This document shows positions 24,365-37,174 of a stretch of DNA of 64,000 nucleotides, one piece after another. Numbering within the stretch: position 1 is the first letter of the stretch; each line of letters starts with the position of its first letter. The notes beneath the pieces were generated by a model that did not search any database, was not told where the DNA came from, and saw only the letters and a program-made list of their open reading frames with translations. The position numbers and the translations under genes are program-made. This stretch comes from Macrostomum lignano (lineage: Eukaryota), in the NCBI GenBank assembly GCA_002269645.1, contig NIVC01000434.1, forward strand, positions 372,001-436,000, read 5' to 3'.

Positions 24365-26751
24365 GTTAAGTCTTGTAAATACTTAATTTGAAAGCACGCG
24401 ACTGCACTTTTTGCTATATGTTAAAAAAGAAAGAGCTTATTAACGACTGAACACTAAATACTATTAGTTCTAGCTCTCTTTTTAGGATTGATTTATCTTC
24501 ACCAAAATTTGGCTAGGGTTCATTGAGGTCATGTATTCTAGGTTTCTAATTTGCAGTTTTTCTGAAATTTGCTCTCAAAGGGATGTTCGCGCTGCTGCTT
24601 GACTCAAAAATTTCAATAGTAGTGTCGTTGATCGAGTTTTTGTGCCTCAACTTGAGCCACTATATTAGGTACATTTTAAAAATATGATGGGTTTCGACCT
24701 TCGGGCTCCTTGTTAGGGAAGCCTTCGGGCCTCAGGCTCAGAAATAAATCAATTAGAGACCTGGCCCCCCACTCCTGTCAGATGGTCAGCCCCATGGTAG
24801 CTTGATCGTGTGGCGAGCAGTCTAGGTCCTATAGCTAAGAGAGGGACAGCGAGAGACAAGCAGGGAGAATTTTGAAGGTAGAGATTAGTTAATCCGCAGA
24901 TCAGCTAACTCGCTGCCACCAGCCCGTGCGTCCTGGCTCACCACACCGGGACTCTCGAAATCAGGCTTCCGACTAGAGAGGGCTTAGCACTTACCTGCCA
25001 ACTAGTGTCTTTTTGCTGTCAATCTCGAAGTCATAGCCGATGATAAGGGACACTGCTGGGACTAGATCGCGTTGGCCATGCAGGTACAGAGGGGACTTGT
25101 GCAGGGGATTCTTGCGGTGGCGAGTCTATGGGGTAGCTGCATGTACTATTACATTGCTAAATACGAAGATATGTACTTTTGGCCTTCAACGCGCCAACTA
25201 GCCTCTCATAGCGCTGATAATAGGCTAACTCGAACTTCAGAGACCGCATGATTCATTTACCCGAGCCGCTTGGCTATCCTAGAGTGCACAAAGTACATCT
25301 CTGGCGCCGATTCTGCACTTTTGGCAGTTTTGCTCACTGATTTGTTAGATTGGTCGACTGAGAACTGCCTTGCCATTGGTCCACTGTGACCGGCGCCTAC
25401 TAGCTTAGCTACTCATCTGAGCCATCGGCGAACAAAGAAATAAAGCCGACAAAGATAACTGTTAGATTTAACCTTCTCCTTAGTTCACTTCACACTTTAG
25501 ATTGAATTGGAGTCTTAGACTACTAGCAGTATTATTGAATGATTCCTGCCTCAGCAACAGCACTACTGAACAAAATGAGCAAAAGTGTGCGCCTAATTCA
25601 GCTACTGTAACAGGGGACAGAAAAGGGATCACCCAATCAAGCAAGTCTAGGTAGCCTCTCACCCAACCAATCAGAAACTCAACAGCCGGAGACCAGGTAT
25701 TCCACAGTGACCGAATCGGCTCGATGCTCTGCAGCTGTAGACTCGGGATGATGCTGTCACAATCTTCGCTGTTAGCTAGCAGGTGATGCTCTTAACTGGA
25801 TGTTCGCTGCTGTCGACCGGGGGACTCGTCCTTGATGATGATGGGGGAAGTTGCAATCCGGGGATCAAGAAACGACGGTCGTGCTCCGGGAACCAGAAGT
25901 TGCGCGCTGGGCCCGAGCCAAAGCAAGAAGAAGTTGCGTCCGAGCGGGCCAAAAACTCCGGTTTAAATAGCCGCCAACTGGACCGCAGTTTGTTATAACG
26001 GAACACGTCGATTCTGATTGGCTGAGCCGTTTTGTTAAAATGAGCGCCGAATTTTCTGATTGGCTAAGCTCGTTGCTACCCAGAATCACGTGACCGAGAG
26101 ATCCCATCAGTTCCCACAGGGTCGTAAAAAGATGACAGGTGCGGCCATAAATCACTCAAAATCGCAACAAAATGATTTATGACTTTTCGCGTAGGATTGA
26201 CAGAAATTATTGAAAAAATATACATTAGAAAGCTCTTATTAAATAGAAAGTGAAGATAATGAAGAGAAATCGCTAATCGCTAATCCCAAGGTACTTTTAG
26301 GGGTAAAACGCATAGCTGTCAAAGCTGTCACACGCTTGAGTGAATCCGAACAATAGGCTCTGACCTCATAAATCTTGATGGCCTGTCAAAATGATGAGAA
26401 AAAAGCTACCGCCCGCATCCTCTCAGACCATCTGGCGCCCGCTTCAACACTGAGTGAGGCGCAGGTGGCTGTCAGATCAGCTTCGAAAGCGATGATTTAT
26501 GACCCAAAAAGCTGCGCCTATGTTGTTATGACTACTAGTATGGCCAGACATTATATCTAGTATAGATTCTATGAAAATTCGCAGAAAAAGGATAAAAATG
26601 CCCACTGCCCACTGTTAGTAGGCAAGTAAGTTTAGAGCCCATGTGCTAGCGCGGGATTTGGGAAAAAGTGCGTCCTCATCAAATATGGTATGAGATAGGT
26701 AAGATAATTGAGTTCTGCGGGAATCACACTGTTACTAACATGTTTTGGTAA

Positions 26752-26960
26752 GGGGGGCCGTAGCCCAGCGGTAGCGCAGCTGCTCTGGTGTGCCAGCGAC
26801 CCAGGCTCGATTCCAAGTGCAGTCACATTAATTTGGGGCTGAATTTGGAATCTCGGCTTGGCTCTGCTCGTGCAATTAACGGCCTTGAGAGCCAACCCCC
26901 CAAGGCGCAGTGAAGTGTACATGCCTAACGATAAAATAAAGTTAGGGCCGCTGTACACTC
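26752..26960 (+). mobile_element. tRNA-derived SINE family B
   Basis: ggggccgtagcccagcggtagcgc...ggctcgattcc (A and B boxes) with a body shared with four other copies; abuts the truncated DIRS RT. Confidence 0.75.
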
Positions 26961-27109
26961 GCTCTTCCATCACCATTGAAGAAGATGCCGCAAACTCTTG
27001 CAAATGCGCACTCGACGATTTTCACGACTAAGCCTCTCGGTAAACTCGATGATGGGGCGAAGGAACATGCGAATTTGTCTCTGCACCTGGCAAAACCATG
27101 GCTCAACTT

Positions 27110-28084
27110 TCAGGTGAGGCGATGCAAGAAGGAAGCAGAGACTTGTCTAGCGGCAGGACAGTCAGTGAGCAACTGACGCAGCTCATGCAGCTTTTCCGGA
27201 GGCAGAGACATGACTCCGATGTCGGTCTGGATACGAACACCAAGGAAGACCATGTCCTGACAAGGCGGGGTGCACTTTTTGCGGTTGACCTCGAAGCCAA
27301 GGTGCTCCAGAAGACTTAGCAGGTGATCATAGGCCTTGACGCAATCTCTGTAGGTAGCGGCAGTGACAGCAAAGTCATCCAGATAGTTGACAACAGCGGT
27401 ATAGCCGTCCTTGACCATGAAGCGATGAATGGCTTGAGAGACACGGTGAAAGCTAGGAACAGAGCCGGCAGCACCCATGGGAAGGCGTCGGTCTTCCATG
27501 TAAGTAACGTGATCGTCGCCGAAAAACTTGAACTTCAGACCAAGAAGAGGCCAGCAGCTGGGGTGGCAGGCAATGGACCGATACGCCGAGGAAATATCAA
27601 CTTTGGCCATGAAGTGACCTGGCCGAAGAAGATGCACGAAATCCTCGACAGACGCGAAACGCAGCTTGCGGTCGGCGGTGAAAAAACAGTCGTTGAGAGA
27701 CGCATTATGCGGGACGGAGCAGTCGTGAATGAGTCTGACGCCACCAGAAGATTTGCGAATAGCCCCAAGCGGGCTCACCAAGCTTGGCGGATCTGGCACA
27801 ACCACGACTCTACCCCTGCGAATTTCTTCAAGCAGCAGGCATTCGACCTCCTGCCTGAACTCTTCCACCGACGGGTAGTTATCAGACTCAAAGGCAGGCA
27901 CTTGAGAACCGTCGTCAATTAAAGAAAAACCAGCACGAAGACTGTCGACAAGGAAATTCTCATCCGGATCTCCACGAAGACGCTCCTCCCAGACAACCAC
28001 GACGAGGTCGCCGCACCGACGGGGATCGACCGGAGGACAGCCGTTTGCTAGCCGGTAGGCAGGATCGATAACGGAGGCCGACAA
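27110..28084 (-). mobile_element. Reverse transcriptase ORF of a DIRS/Ngaro-like retrotransposon, truncated before RNase H and tyrosine recombinase
   Basis: VSPLGAIRK...RLIHDCS, KVDISSAYR, LPMG, YLDDF and FLG motifs are typical of DIRS-class RT. Stop at 27110, then SINE-B. Confidence 0.85.
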
Positions 28085-28350
28085 GCAGGCAGGTTTGGTA
28101 GCGTCGGAGCCAGGCAGGCAGACAGGTTGAGCGACGTCGGAGGCAGGCAGGCAGACAGGTTGAGCGACGTCGGAGGCAGGCAGGCAGGCAGGATGAGCGA
28201 CGTCGGAGGCAGGCAGGCAGGCAGGTTGAGCGACGTCTGAGGCAGGCAGGCAGGCAGGTTGAGCAACGTCGGAGGCAGGCAGGCAGGCAGGTTGAGCGAC
28301 GTCGGAGGCAGGCAGGCAGGCAGGTTGGGCGATGTCGCGGGCAGGCAGGA
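28085..28350. repeat. ~30-bp GCAG-rich tandem repeat between ORF1 and RT of the DIRS-like element
   Basis: gcaggcaggcaggttgagcgacgtcggag repeated. Confidence 0.9.
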
Positions 28351-28401
28351 AGTTAAAAGAGAAGGCGTCGCAGGCGATGGAATCTGCATGCGACGCTTCT
28401 C

Positions 28402-30528
28402 TCAGTTTTTTGCTTGATTAGCACGGTTGGTGTGGCTAGCAGCAGCATGTGAGCCACCACAAATCCGACAGCAGTGCAGATAGTTGCAGGTGTCTCTCTG
28501 ACATCCGGTGGCGCTGTTAAACAGTCCACAGACCGCTTGGCCTCGCAAAGCAAATTGTCGGCGGCCTCCGCGGCCAGTCTGGCTGGCTTGCCGACTATGA
28601 AGGTTCTTTGGGGCCGTCAGGTGCTTACAAATCAGAGACAAAGGCGGCTGGGACCACTTGGAGGCGTTCGCATGCTGGAACTTACGCAGGTCGTCATCAT
28701 AACGAAGAAGGACTTGCCAGTCGTACCCCCCATCAAGCAAATCGCCAATGTGGATAACGTGCTGCAAGTAGTCCAAGAGACTTTTTGGCTCACTATCGGT
28801 GTCTTGAGACGCTAGCTGTCCGGATTGCAGCATGGCATACATGATTTTAGCGGGAGTACGACGTTTGCTTGCGGGAAGTTTGCTTGCCGAACTTTGCTTG
28901 CAGGAATTTTGCTTGCCGAACTTTGCTTGCCGAGCTTTGCTTGCGGAATTTTGCTTGCCGAACTTTGCTTGCCGAGCTTTGCTTGCGGAATTTTGCTTGC
29001 CGAACTTTGCTTGCGAAATTTTGATGTCTGCTTTCTAGAAATTTGCAATCACACAATCGCAAGGTTTTAACTTGCAGAATTATTTTCTTGTTTGCTTGCT
29101 TGTTTTGATTGCTTGTAAAGTTGGTCAGTCAATTATTACTTACTATAGATGCTTTGCAAGTGGATTCTTATCAGGGTCGACGTAAACTGACTTGACACTA
29201 AGCTTTCAAACTAGGCTTATAGAGTTTCATTCTAAGAATGTAGTATATAGAATGCTTAGAGATTTAGTATAGGTAGATAGGGATCGGTGACAGTATAAAT
29301 CTTTGTAGTTCCTGATTTCAGCACGATTGAGCAGGTATGATAATTGCAGTGATGCGAATGCATATACTAATAATATTTTAGTATATAAAATGTAATTAAT
29401 AATCCGCCCTATCCTCATACAAAATCATAACACTATAGGCGACTTCCACGAATCTTAGAAAATGAAAATTAGAAATACAAGAGCTCAAAAATAGGTTTCT
29501 TTAAGGTCCCGCAAAACTTAGGCTGCCAAACCTCGCAAGAAAATTTCCTGCAAGCAAAGTTCGGCAAGCAAATTTCCTGCAAGCAAAGTTCGGCAAGCTT
29601 ATGTGCAGCAAGCAAATTTCCTGCAAGCAAAATTCGGCAAGCAAAGTTCGGCAAGCAAAGTTGGGCAAGCAAAGCTCGGCAAGCAAACTTCGGCAGGCAA
29701 AATTCCGCAAGCAAAGTTCGGCAAGCAGACTTCGGCAAGCAAAATTCCGCAAGCAAAGTTCGGCAAGCAGACTTCGGCAAGCAAAATTCCGCAAGCAAAA
29801 TTCGGCAAGCAGACTTCGGCAAGCAAATTTCCGCAAGCAAAAGTCCCGCAAGCAAACTTCTCGCAAGCAAATTTCATAGACCCGATTTTAGCATTGGCAG
29901 AAATCCATTGGCCGACTGTCACAGAGTCTACAGATTTTGGTCTACCGCTCTTGAGATTCTGCTTTGCTGTCTCACCCTGCGCAAGAAGCTCGTCAGCCTG
30001 GCCAGGGGCATCAATGAAGTCGCAAATACGGAGCAGCCGCCCGGGTGAAACTCTAGCGTTGCTTGGAGCAAAAATAGCAGCATCAAGTTCACCATTATTG
30101 GACCACCTATCAGACTCAGCGCAAGCAGACTGGCTCAAAAATTCTGGTAGCTTACCGCGATTATCTGGTGCCTTGTCCACCGACCGTCGCAGCTCCGCCT
30201 CTTCTTTCTGCAGCCTTAGCAGTTCAATGCGCCGTCGGGTGAGCTCGATCTCCTCATCCAGAGCCGCGCCACCCAAAGAGGTGCCACCCCCCTTGGACCG
30301 CCGGCTGCTCCCTCCATCGGACGAGTCGTCAGAATCCCTCGGTGGCTCCCTGTGGGAAGTCCTGTTCGCGGCGTCAGCAGCTAGACGCTCGTTGAGAATC
30401 GCGTCGCACAGACGAGTAAGTAGGGCAGCCTTGCTACCTTTTGTTGGCAATTTGCGCGCTTGCAATGCCGTCTTTAGTTGAGGCACGCTCAGATCGGTGA
30501 CTGATTGCAGCTGACTAGAGGTGGCCAT
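28402..30528 (-). mobile_element. ORF1 (gag-like) of the DIRS/Ngaro-like element with SAP domain and C-terminal Cys/His finger, split by a MITE
   Basis: SAP motif LSVPQLKTALQARKLPTKGSKAALLTRL. Removing 28852-29883 and one TSD restores WISANAKI|MYAMLQ in frame. C-terminus CGLFNSATGCQRDTCNYLHCCRICGGSH. Confidence 0.8.
28852..29883. mobile_element. Non-autonomous MULE/foldback-type MITE, 1032 bp
   Basis: Perfect 9-bp TSD gattttagc (28843-28851, 29884-29892); ends GGG...CCC; inverted arrays of tttgcttgccgaac and gcaagcaaagttcg subrepeats. Confidence 0.9.
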
Positions 30529-30649
30529 ATCGATTGTGGCTGAGAAAAAAAGTCTGACCAATCTGCCAAGGTGCACACAACCCCCTGCCTCTAATATAAA
30601 ATAAGTAAAACATGTTTTGGTAGGTTGAGTAGGCGTTTGTAGAAGTTCG

Positions 30650-32130
30650 TTTGAATTGAGTCCATATCTTTTAGCTCATGCAGATAGGATAGCCAGAGGC
30701 CCCCAGATTTCACATCCATATAAGATACAACAAGTGTAACAAGGGAGTTAAAGAGCCGTTTGATGAGCATAATGTCTATAGGGATGTGTCTTTAACTTTG
30801 TGTAGTAGTGAGAACATAGCTGAGCAGCCTTGTTTGGTTTGATAAGCAATACATTTTTAAAAACTATTTTCTGGTTCAAAGATAACTCCTAAGTACTTAA
30901 ATTCATGCACTTCTTCGATTTCTTGCTGAAGCGTAGACTATCTGATCCGTGTTTAGCTGCCTATCTTCTCTTTTTTGCTTTCATTTTTGTTTTCCCTGAG
31001 CATTACCTGCATGTACTTTGTTTTGCTAGCGTTCAATTTTAAGTAGTTTTGTTCGCAATAAGTCTCCATGTTTCTAAACATGCTATTTAAGTCCGTCTTG
31101 GTTTTTGCTAAGACCGCTTGATCGTCAGCAAAGAGCAGAATGTGCAGATTTGAGATACGATGCTTTGACCAGGTGGCTGTTAGTGCAAGTTAATTCTAAG
31201 TACTCTACTATATCGTTAATGTGTAGATCTCAAAAAGAACTGTTGAGACGGGATTGCCTTGAAGGACCCCTTTTGATATTGGTACGTACAGGTTTAGGTT
31301 CTTCGCTCGACTCGTCTACTCTTATCAGGAAGCAAGCATATATTTTCATGCATGTTTTTAGTTAAATCCATCATTTTGCCTTTGATTCCCTGCCTAGCTG
31401 ATTTGTCCCACATTGTTGGCTGGTATCGAAAGCTTTTTCATAATCAACAAAACCAATAAGAGGAGGTTCCTTTTGGCTGATGATTAGGTTTATACCTGGT
31501 AATATTATAAAGATTAAAACATTTGTCTATAATGGTACTATGATTAGGTTTGAAGGCATATTGGTACTTTGAGATAAGGTTGTTCGAATAAGCAAGGTCT
31601 TCAAGCCTAGTTTTAATAATTGAACATAGAAGCTTTTCAAGAGTAGGCTGAACGCATATACTTCTGTAATTGTTTGGGTCACTTTGTGCTACCTTTGTTT
31701 TTATATTGGGTGCAAAGTTTTTATTTGTTATCCAGTCTATTGGGAACTTTCCATGTTCTAAGATTTTGTTGAATAATGAACATAAAGTATCTGTCAATTG
31801 ATCTTCAAAGAATTTTAATGTCTCGGTGTAAATCGGATCTTTTCCAGCTGCTTTGTCAGTTTTGAGTTTCTTTATATGCTTCTTAACTTCTTCTGTTGTG
31901 AAGGGAGCGTTGAATTGAATATTCTTTTCTTAAATCGGTGCAGCCTTTTTAATTTGAACTGGTTTAAACGAGCAAATGACTGATTCGGGAAGGACTTCAG
32001 CTGCAAGAGGTTCTCAAACTCAGGCGAGGGGTAGTTAAACTCGTAGCTGTGTGTTCTATACTGTGTGTCTGCTTCGTTGAATGGCTTGCAATGTCGATGT
32101 ATTGTAGACTTGCCGACGGGACGCGATTTC
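30650..32130 (-). pseudogene. Decayed non-LTR (LINE) retrotransposon reverse transcriptase
   Basis: Frameshifted fragments KAAGKDPI, PNNYRSI, QYAFKPNHST, GVLQG and LFADDQ on the minus strand. Boundaries approximate. Confidence 0.8.
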
Positions 32131-32269
32131 ATCACAATATACTAAATCTCTAATGTCTTCTCTAAAAAGGCCTAATTTTTTTAACGCCAAAACCGCCACA
32201 CTTCACAACGCCTACGTTTCTATTGCCTAAATTTCACAACGTTTAAAATATCTGGATGCCCCTTCACAT

Positions 32270-32640
32270 CGCCTAAATTTCGCAACTCCTACTAAATACA
32301 TTGCATATGTGATGCTCTTCACGTCGCCTAAATTTCACAACTCCTACTAAATACATTGCATATGTGATGTGCTCTTCACGTCGCCTAAATTTCGCAACGC
32401 CTACTAAATACATTGCATATGTGATGTGCTCTTCACATCGCCTAAATTTCGCAACGCCTACTAAATACATTGCATATGTGATGCGCTCTTCACGTTGCCT
32501 AAATTTCGCATAACTTAGCAGATTATGTGCAGAGATTTTTGGCGTTGTGAAATTTAGGCGATTTTATATAGGAGGCCGGTGTGCAGTATTGTTTTTAATT
32601 AGACGTAAAAATTAGGCAATGGGAATTAAAAGTCGTGTGT
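32270..32640. repeat. 55-57-bp tandem repeat with inverted copies of its core (foldback-like)
   Basis: cctaaatttc(g/a)caac...attgcatatgtgatg tandem copies; inverted gttgtgaaatttaggc at about 32545. Confidence 0.8.
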
Positions 32641-34599
32641 GCTTAGAAGTTGTGAATTTTAGGTCTGAATATAGAGTCCTTACCTTGCCAAGTTAATTAG
32701 ATTTCGTTTTTCTACGTTAAATCAATTACAACTAAACTGCATGGGCTTTATTGTTCGTAGAATATTGCTTAAAGTAGGGGCCCGGGGTCACATGTCGCGG
32801 AGAAGTTAAAACAATACAGTGTATATGCATTACAGGTTCTTAAACTGGCTATAAGATCAGATAAGTTCTAGTCGAGGGCCGAGAGGATCTTCTTAGCTGT
32901 TCTCAGAATTTAAAGTAACGCTTTTGAAGGGGCAATTAATTGAGTCAAACCTAAAAATAACGTGTTATCCTTAGTGTCCGACTCTTACATGTACATGTAC
33001 AGTTATTCAATAATAATAGGCGCTCATTAATGCCACATGGGCACTACAAGCGCGTTCATTAGATAAGTTGGCACTCTAAAGTTATTTGTCAATTAAGGTA
33101 AACTAAATTTCACTATTTCAGACTGATTAAACTATACTATAACCCTAAACTGAAGTCAGGTGATACATGTAGGTGGGTCGGCGAATCTTATAATCAGAGA
33201 GTCGGGCCTCGCCCTTAAGTATTGAACGTGGGGTTTAGGCGAAGGTTGGCTTGAGTCTATTGGGAGAGCGAGGCGGACTTGAAATACTTGTTACGAAAAC
33301 ATACAGATTGAATTTCCAGAAGCGGCTTCTTACTGGCTTCATGCAGTTGCACGTATGGATTGCCTATTTATTTCGATTTTGGGCGGACCAAGTCCCGAAG
33401 GTGTCTTCAACTGCGCATTTTGACTGCTGAACATGCCGCTTGTTGCTAATATCATAAACTGTCTGAATCGAATAAGGCATAAAAGCATTTTCCTTGTGCA
33501 CCCTCGCAATCCGCCTGTACTCTGCTTAATTATGAAATGATAAAAGTACACAATAAAAATTTAAAATAGGGCATGTTTTACATGCATTTAGAGTTTCAAC
33601 TGAATTTCCATAATTGAAATTTTATTTTTATTTAGCAAGCTTTAATAAACTGGGCAATGCAGACAAAAACTAACAGGTCAGTAATGCAAGCGTAATGATA
33701 CAGGGAAATGAGTAGCCCTTATATCTGATCAAGGGGATTAGTTTGCAGTTCGATCCGAATTGATTTTGATTAAGAAATGCAAGTACAAGCGTAGCCAAAC
33801 AAGCGTAAGAATGTATGGTTGTGCAATAGCATATATAGTTAATAGAAAGGGGATTTGAGAACGAATTTTGAAGGAAGACAAATCCAACGGGGAAATATTT
33901 AAGTAATATAATGCATTTACACAGAATTTCGGGCACACAAATACAATATGTAAGTGTACAAAGGTGTTTTGAAGATAAATTGCAATTAACAACAGAGGCA
34001 AAATACTTTTAAAAAGCATAGACTGGCGCTATTGAACACTTCTATAACTGTAAAAAATCTATGTAATATAAAAACTGTGAAAAGAACTCTTATATAGGAG
34101 TTATAATAAAGACAAAGTAACATACTACTATCAGCGATGGTTGACAGTCACAATTAAAATAGATTCGTATAGCATGATAAAAAATAAAATTGCGTGTACA
34201 CCAGGCCTAATAACGACTCACCAGGGAAACGATTCGTAGGTAAAAGCGAAGCAACAAGCCTCAAAATCTGATGGACCAAAGCCTCCAGCAACCAGCACTG
34301 CAGTGTCGGTCTCAGCTGTTGTGCCTAGAGCGGAGCCACACAGACAAAGTTTTAATTCAACTGCTTGCTCTCCAATATTATACATTAGACTAAGATTTTT
34401 CACTAATGAGAAGCAACTCTAGCCTCTGTATTGCTTGACGAAACTAGACAACACAAAAAAGCTTCTTAGTCAAAAAAAACTTTTTTAGCAAAAGTGCGCG
34501 CTTGTCAATGCAAGGTGTGGCTAAATTTATGTGTGCTTGCATAACTTTCCTCACACGATAGTTGCGCATTTATGAAAATGTGCTTCTACGATTTTTGCT

Positions 34600-34910
34600 A
34601 GTTGCACCCTAAGCGACATTGTCTGTCACACAACCGACGAGAAGCAATACTGCCCATTCCGACGACTCCCCTGAGCAGGCATACAAGCGCGCGGATGCAT
34701 ACACAGTCATACGCACAGGCACACACTCACACAGGAGTGTACAGCGGCCCTAATTTTAAACTTTATATTATCGTTAGGCATGTACACTTCACTGTGCCTT
34801 GGGGCTTGGCCTTTAAAGGCGTTAACTGCAGGAGCAGAGCCAAACCGAGATTCCAATTTAGACCCAAATTAATGTGACTGCACTTGGAATCGAGCCTGGG
34901 CCGCCCCTCC
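34600..34910 (-). mobile_element. SINE family B copy (others at ~44060-44385, ~51590-51830, ~60370-60600, all minus strand)
   Basis: Shared gtacagcggccct...atcgttaggcatgtacac...cacttggaatcgagcctggg; reverse complement of 26752-26960. Confidence 0.75.
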
Positions 34911-35258
34911 TAAGATAGTGAGCGCTTATATAAATTATACAAATGCGCTTCTACGAGTATGGCAGTGCACGCTAATGTACAGGCATTAGTTCATGTAAAC
35001 TTAGCCAACTTCTAGTAGCTTTTATGTACCTGCTACGGATATTTTTTACGATTTCCTTTGAATATGGACATTGTGATCCACTTTTTCTGGGGACTGCCGC
35101 TTCCTTACAGTCTCCGACTCCTGCAGGTGTGCTTTTCACGCCTTGATACAAGCTGAAGTGGAATAAAACAGTTGAACAAATACAATTAGCAGTTTTGTTG
35201 CGAAAAATAAAATTAGTGAAAAGCATATATAAAGTGAATTGTTGAGAACAGCGCCAAA

Positions 35259-37174
35259 TTATGACATTGATGAAGGCATGTCAGCGAGAGCAGGATTAGT
35301 AAGATCGCCGTCAAGTTCGCGATAAGCCTCGTTGAAGATGACCTCACAGTGGCATGGTGTAGACATGATACACTGCAGCTGGTAATTATGACCCCAGCCT
35401 TTCACAAAGGACAGACGAATGGAGCACAGTGCCTGCGCGCGGTTCAGGGCCTCGCGCGGGGGCCACCGGCCGCGCAGCTGTTGCACTTTTTCCAGAAAGC
35501 TATGCATGGAAAAAACCAGCAGCTTGTCGCCTGCGAATGGTTGAAAGGCGGGTCAAACTATTTGCTATAATTTTTATTGTCTCTATCTTCTTGAATCATT
35601 GGGTTGAATAATTGAATCCTCTGCAGTAAGGTATTTAAAACTAGAATTTTTGTCCAAAATTTTCTGTTGAAATCTATCACGGGGAGCACTATAAAAGTTC
35701 CAAGTGCACTTAAACAGGAACTGAATGTTACTTTCTAGCCACACATGGAACTTTAAGCAAGTCCTACTGTCGTAAAGGAGGACCTTTGATCTCGCAGTCC
35801 TCATTGTTTCGCAGGCAATTGAATTGGAAATTTCTAGGACATACATGTACTTCACTTCAGAAGAATCGCTAGAATCACCTTAATATGTGCTGTAAAAACG
35901 GATAAATTAAAAAGCAAGCAAAGCTACACAGGCTCTGCTCAATAAGGCCAATTCGTTCTCACAGTCACAATAGGTTAAATATAAAACAGCTAGCAGGCTG
36001 TCAGACAAGGAGAGGCAAAAGTGGTGCAGAAAACCGAGGTGGATAGCCCAAGAAAACCGCATGAGTTTGTAAGACGTGCTAGTTTATTAATAGAGAGACT
36101 GCATACTGATGACGCATTAGCTGTCAGCTACGAGAGCATTAGAGAGCATTTGCTTTAGCTACAGACTGCGAGCAGTGCAGAGCCGGTTTCAATAAATCCC
36201 GCTGAATAGAAAGCTGAGCACAAAATTTATGGAAACATTAACAAAATGATTTAAGGCTTAAAATTTGAAATTAATCAAGTTATCAGCCCTCCAAAGCGAT
36301 AAAAAGCATGCTCAATTAGCACTTATTGGTTTTGAGTAGGATAATGAGATTTCTTTTCTTAGAAAGTCTTCAAGGGGCTGTCTTGTCTCCATGGAGATAA
36401 AAGCTTTTTACTATTCCAGCACCAAAAACAGATGAATAAATATTACTCATTCTAATTTACATTCATATGTCCTAAACGAAAAATGCCTCTCGAGCATTTG
36501 ATGTGCTTCTAATGCGAAACTGCCTGTGTTCCTGTCTCCGTAGCATAATTTTAGCGTAGAGCCGTAGAGCCAGCTGCCAAATATTTTCTATTCGAAATAT
36601 TTTATTTTCTAAGAAACGAAGATCTCCGTCCTTCTAATGAAGCCGTCCTTGATAATATTATATTATATATTCAGAGAAGAAAAGTCGAATTAAACTTACT
36701 GCCAACATCCAATCGTACTACTACCCCAGGATTGCTGTCGTAGTTGATGCACGGAGCCTGAAGGAACACCGGACTATTAGACAGGTTGGTTAGAAAAACT
36801 TCGCCAGTATCCGCGTTTCGTTGAATATGAACGCCTCGGCCGATCAATCGTCGGACACTCTCAACCTCGCGACAGCGGTTCACATTGCTGAGGGCGCCGA
36901 CAGAAAATCGATTGGGCGCCAGAGGACAAGTGTACCCATCGATGGTGAACTCCGGCCCAGAAGCGTGATAACTCTCGCCTACTTTGGTCTTCAACTCGTA
37001 ATATTGGACGCTGCACCAAGGCGCAGCTGTAGTGGCCGCAGGCACAAAAGCGGACAGTGGCATGGCAAACTGGCCGCCAGGCAGGAAGGCCGACACAGGA
37101 GCATGCGTTTGAAGATGAGAAGCCGCCGCAGCCGCAGGCTGCTGCTCTTCTTGACTGCTACTCGGTTGAGTCAT
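35259..37174 (-). CDS. SMAD-family protein with MH2 domain only, 248 aa, C-terminal SSMS
   Basis: Exons 37174-36700 and 35530-35259 (A|gtaagt...ttcgcag|GC, phase 1, frame closes). WCSVQYYELKTKVGE, IDGYT, RFSVGALSNVNR, IGRGV, IRLSFVKGWG and STPC motifs; ends MPSSMS. Confidence 0.9.

Noticed and set aside
24710-25495. Possible solo LTR (starts TGTTAGGG, AATAAA near the end)
   Set aside because: No matching TSD, second copy, PBS or PPT found.
34218-34403. Minus-strand ORF ending at a strong donor (CCCTG|gtgagt)
   Set aside because: No recognisable domain and no partner exon identified; it may be a UTR exon.
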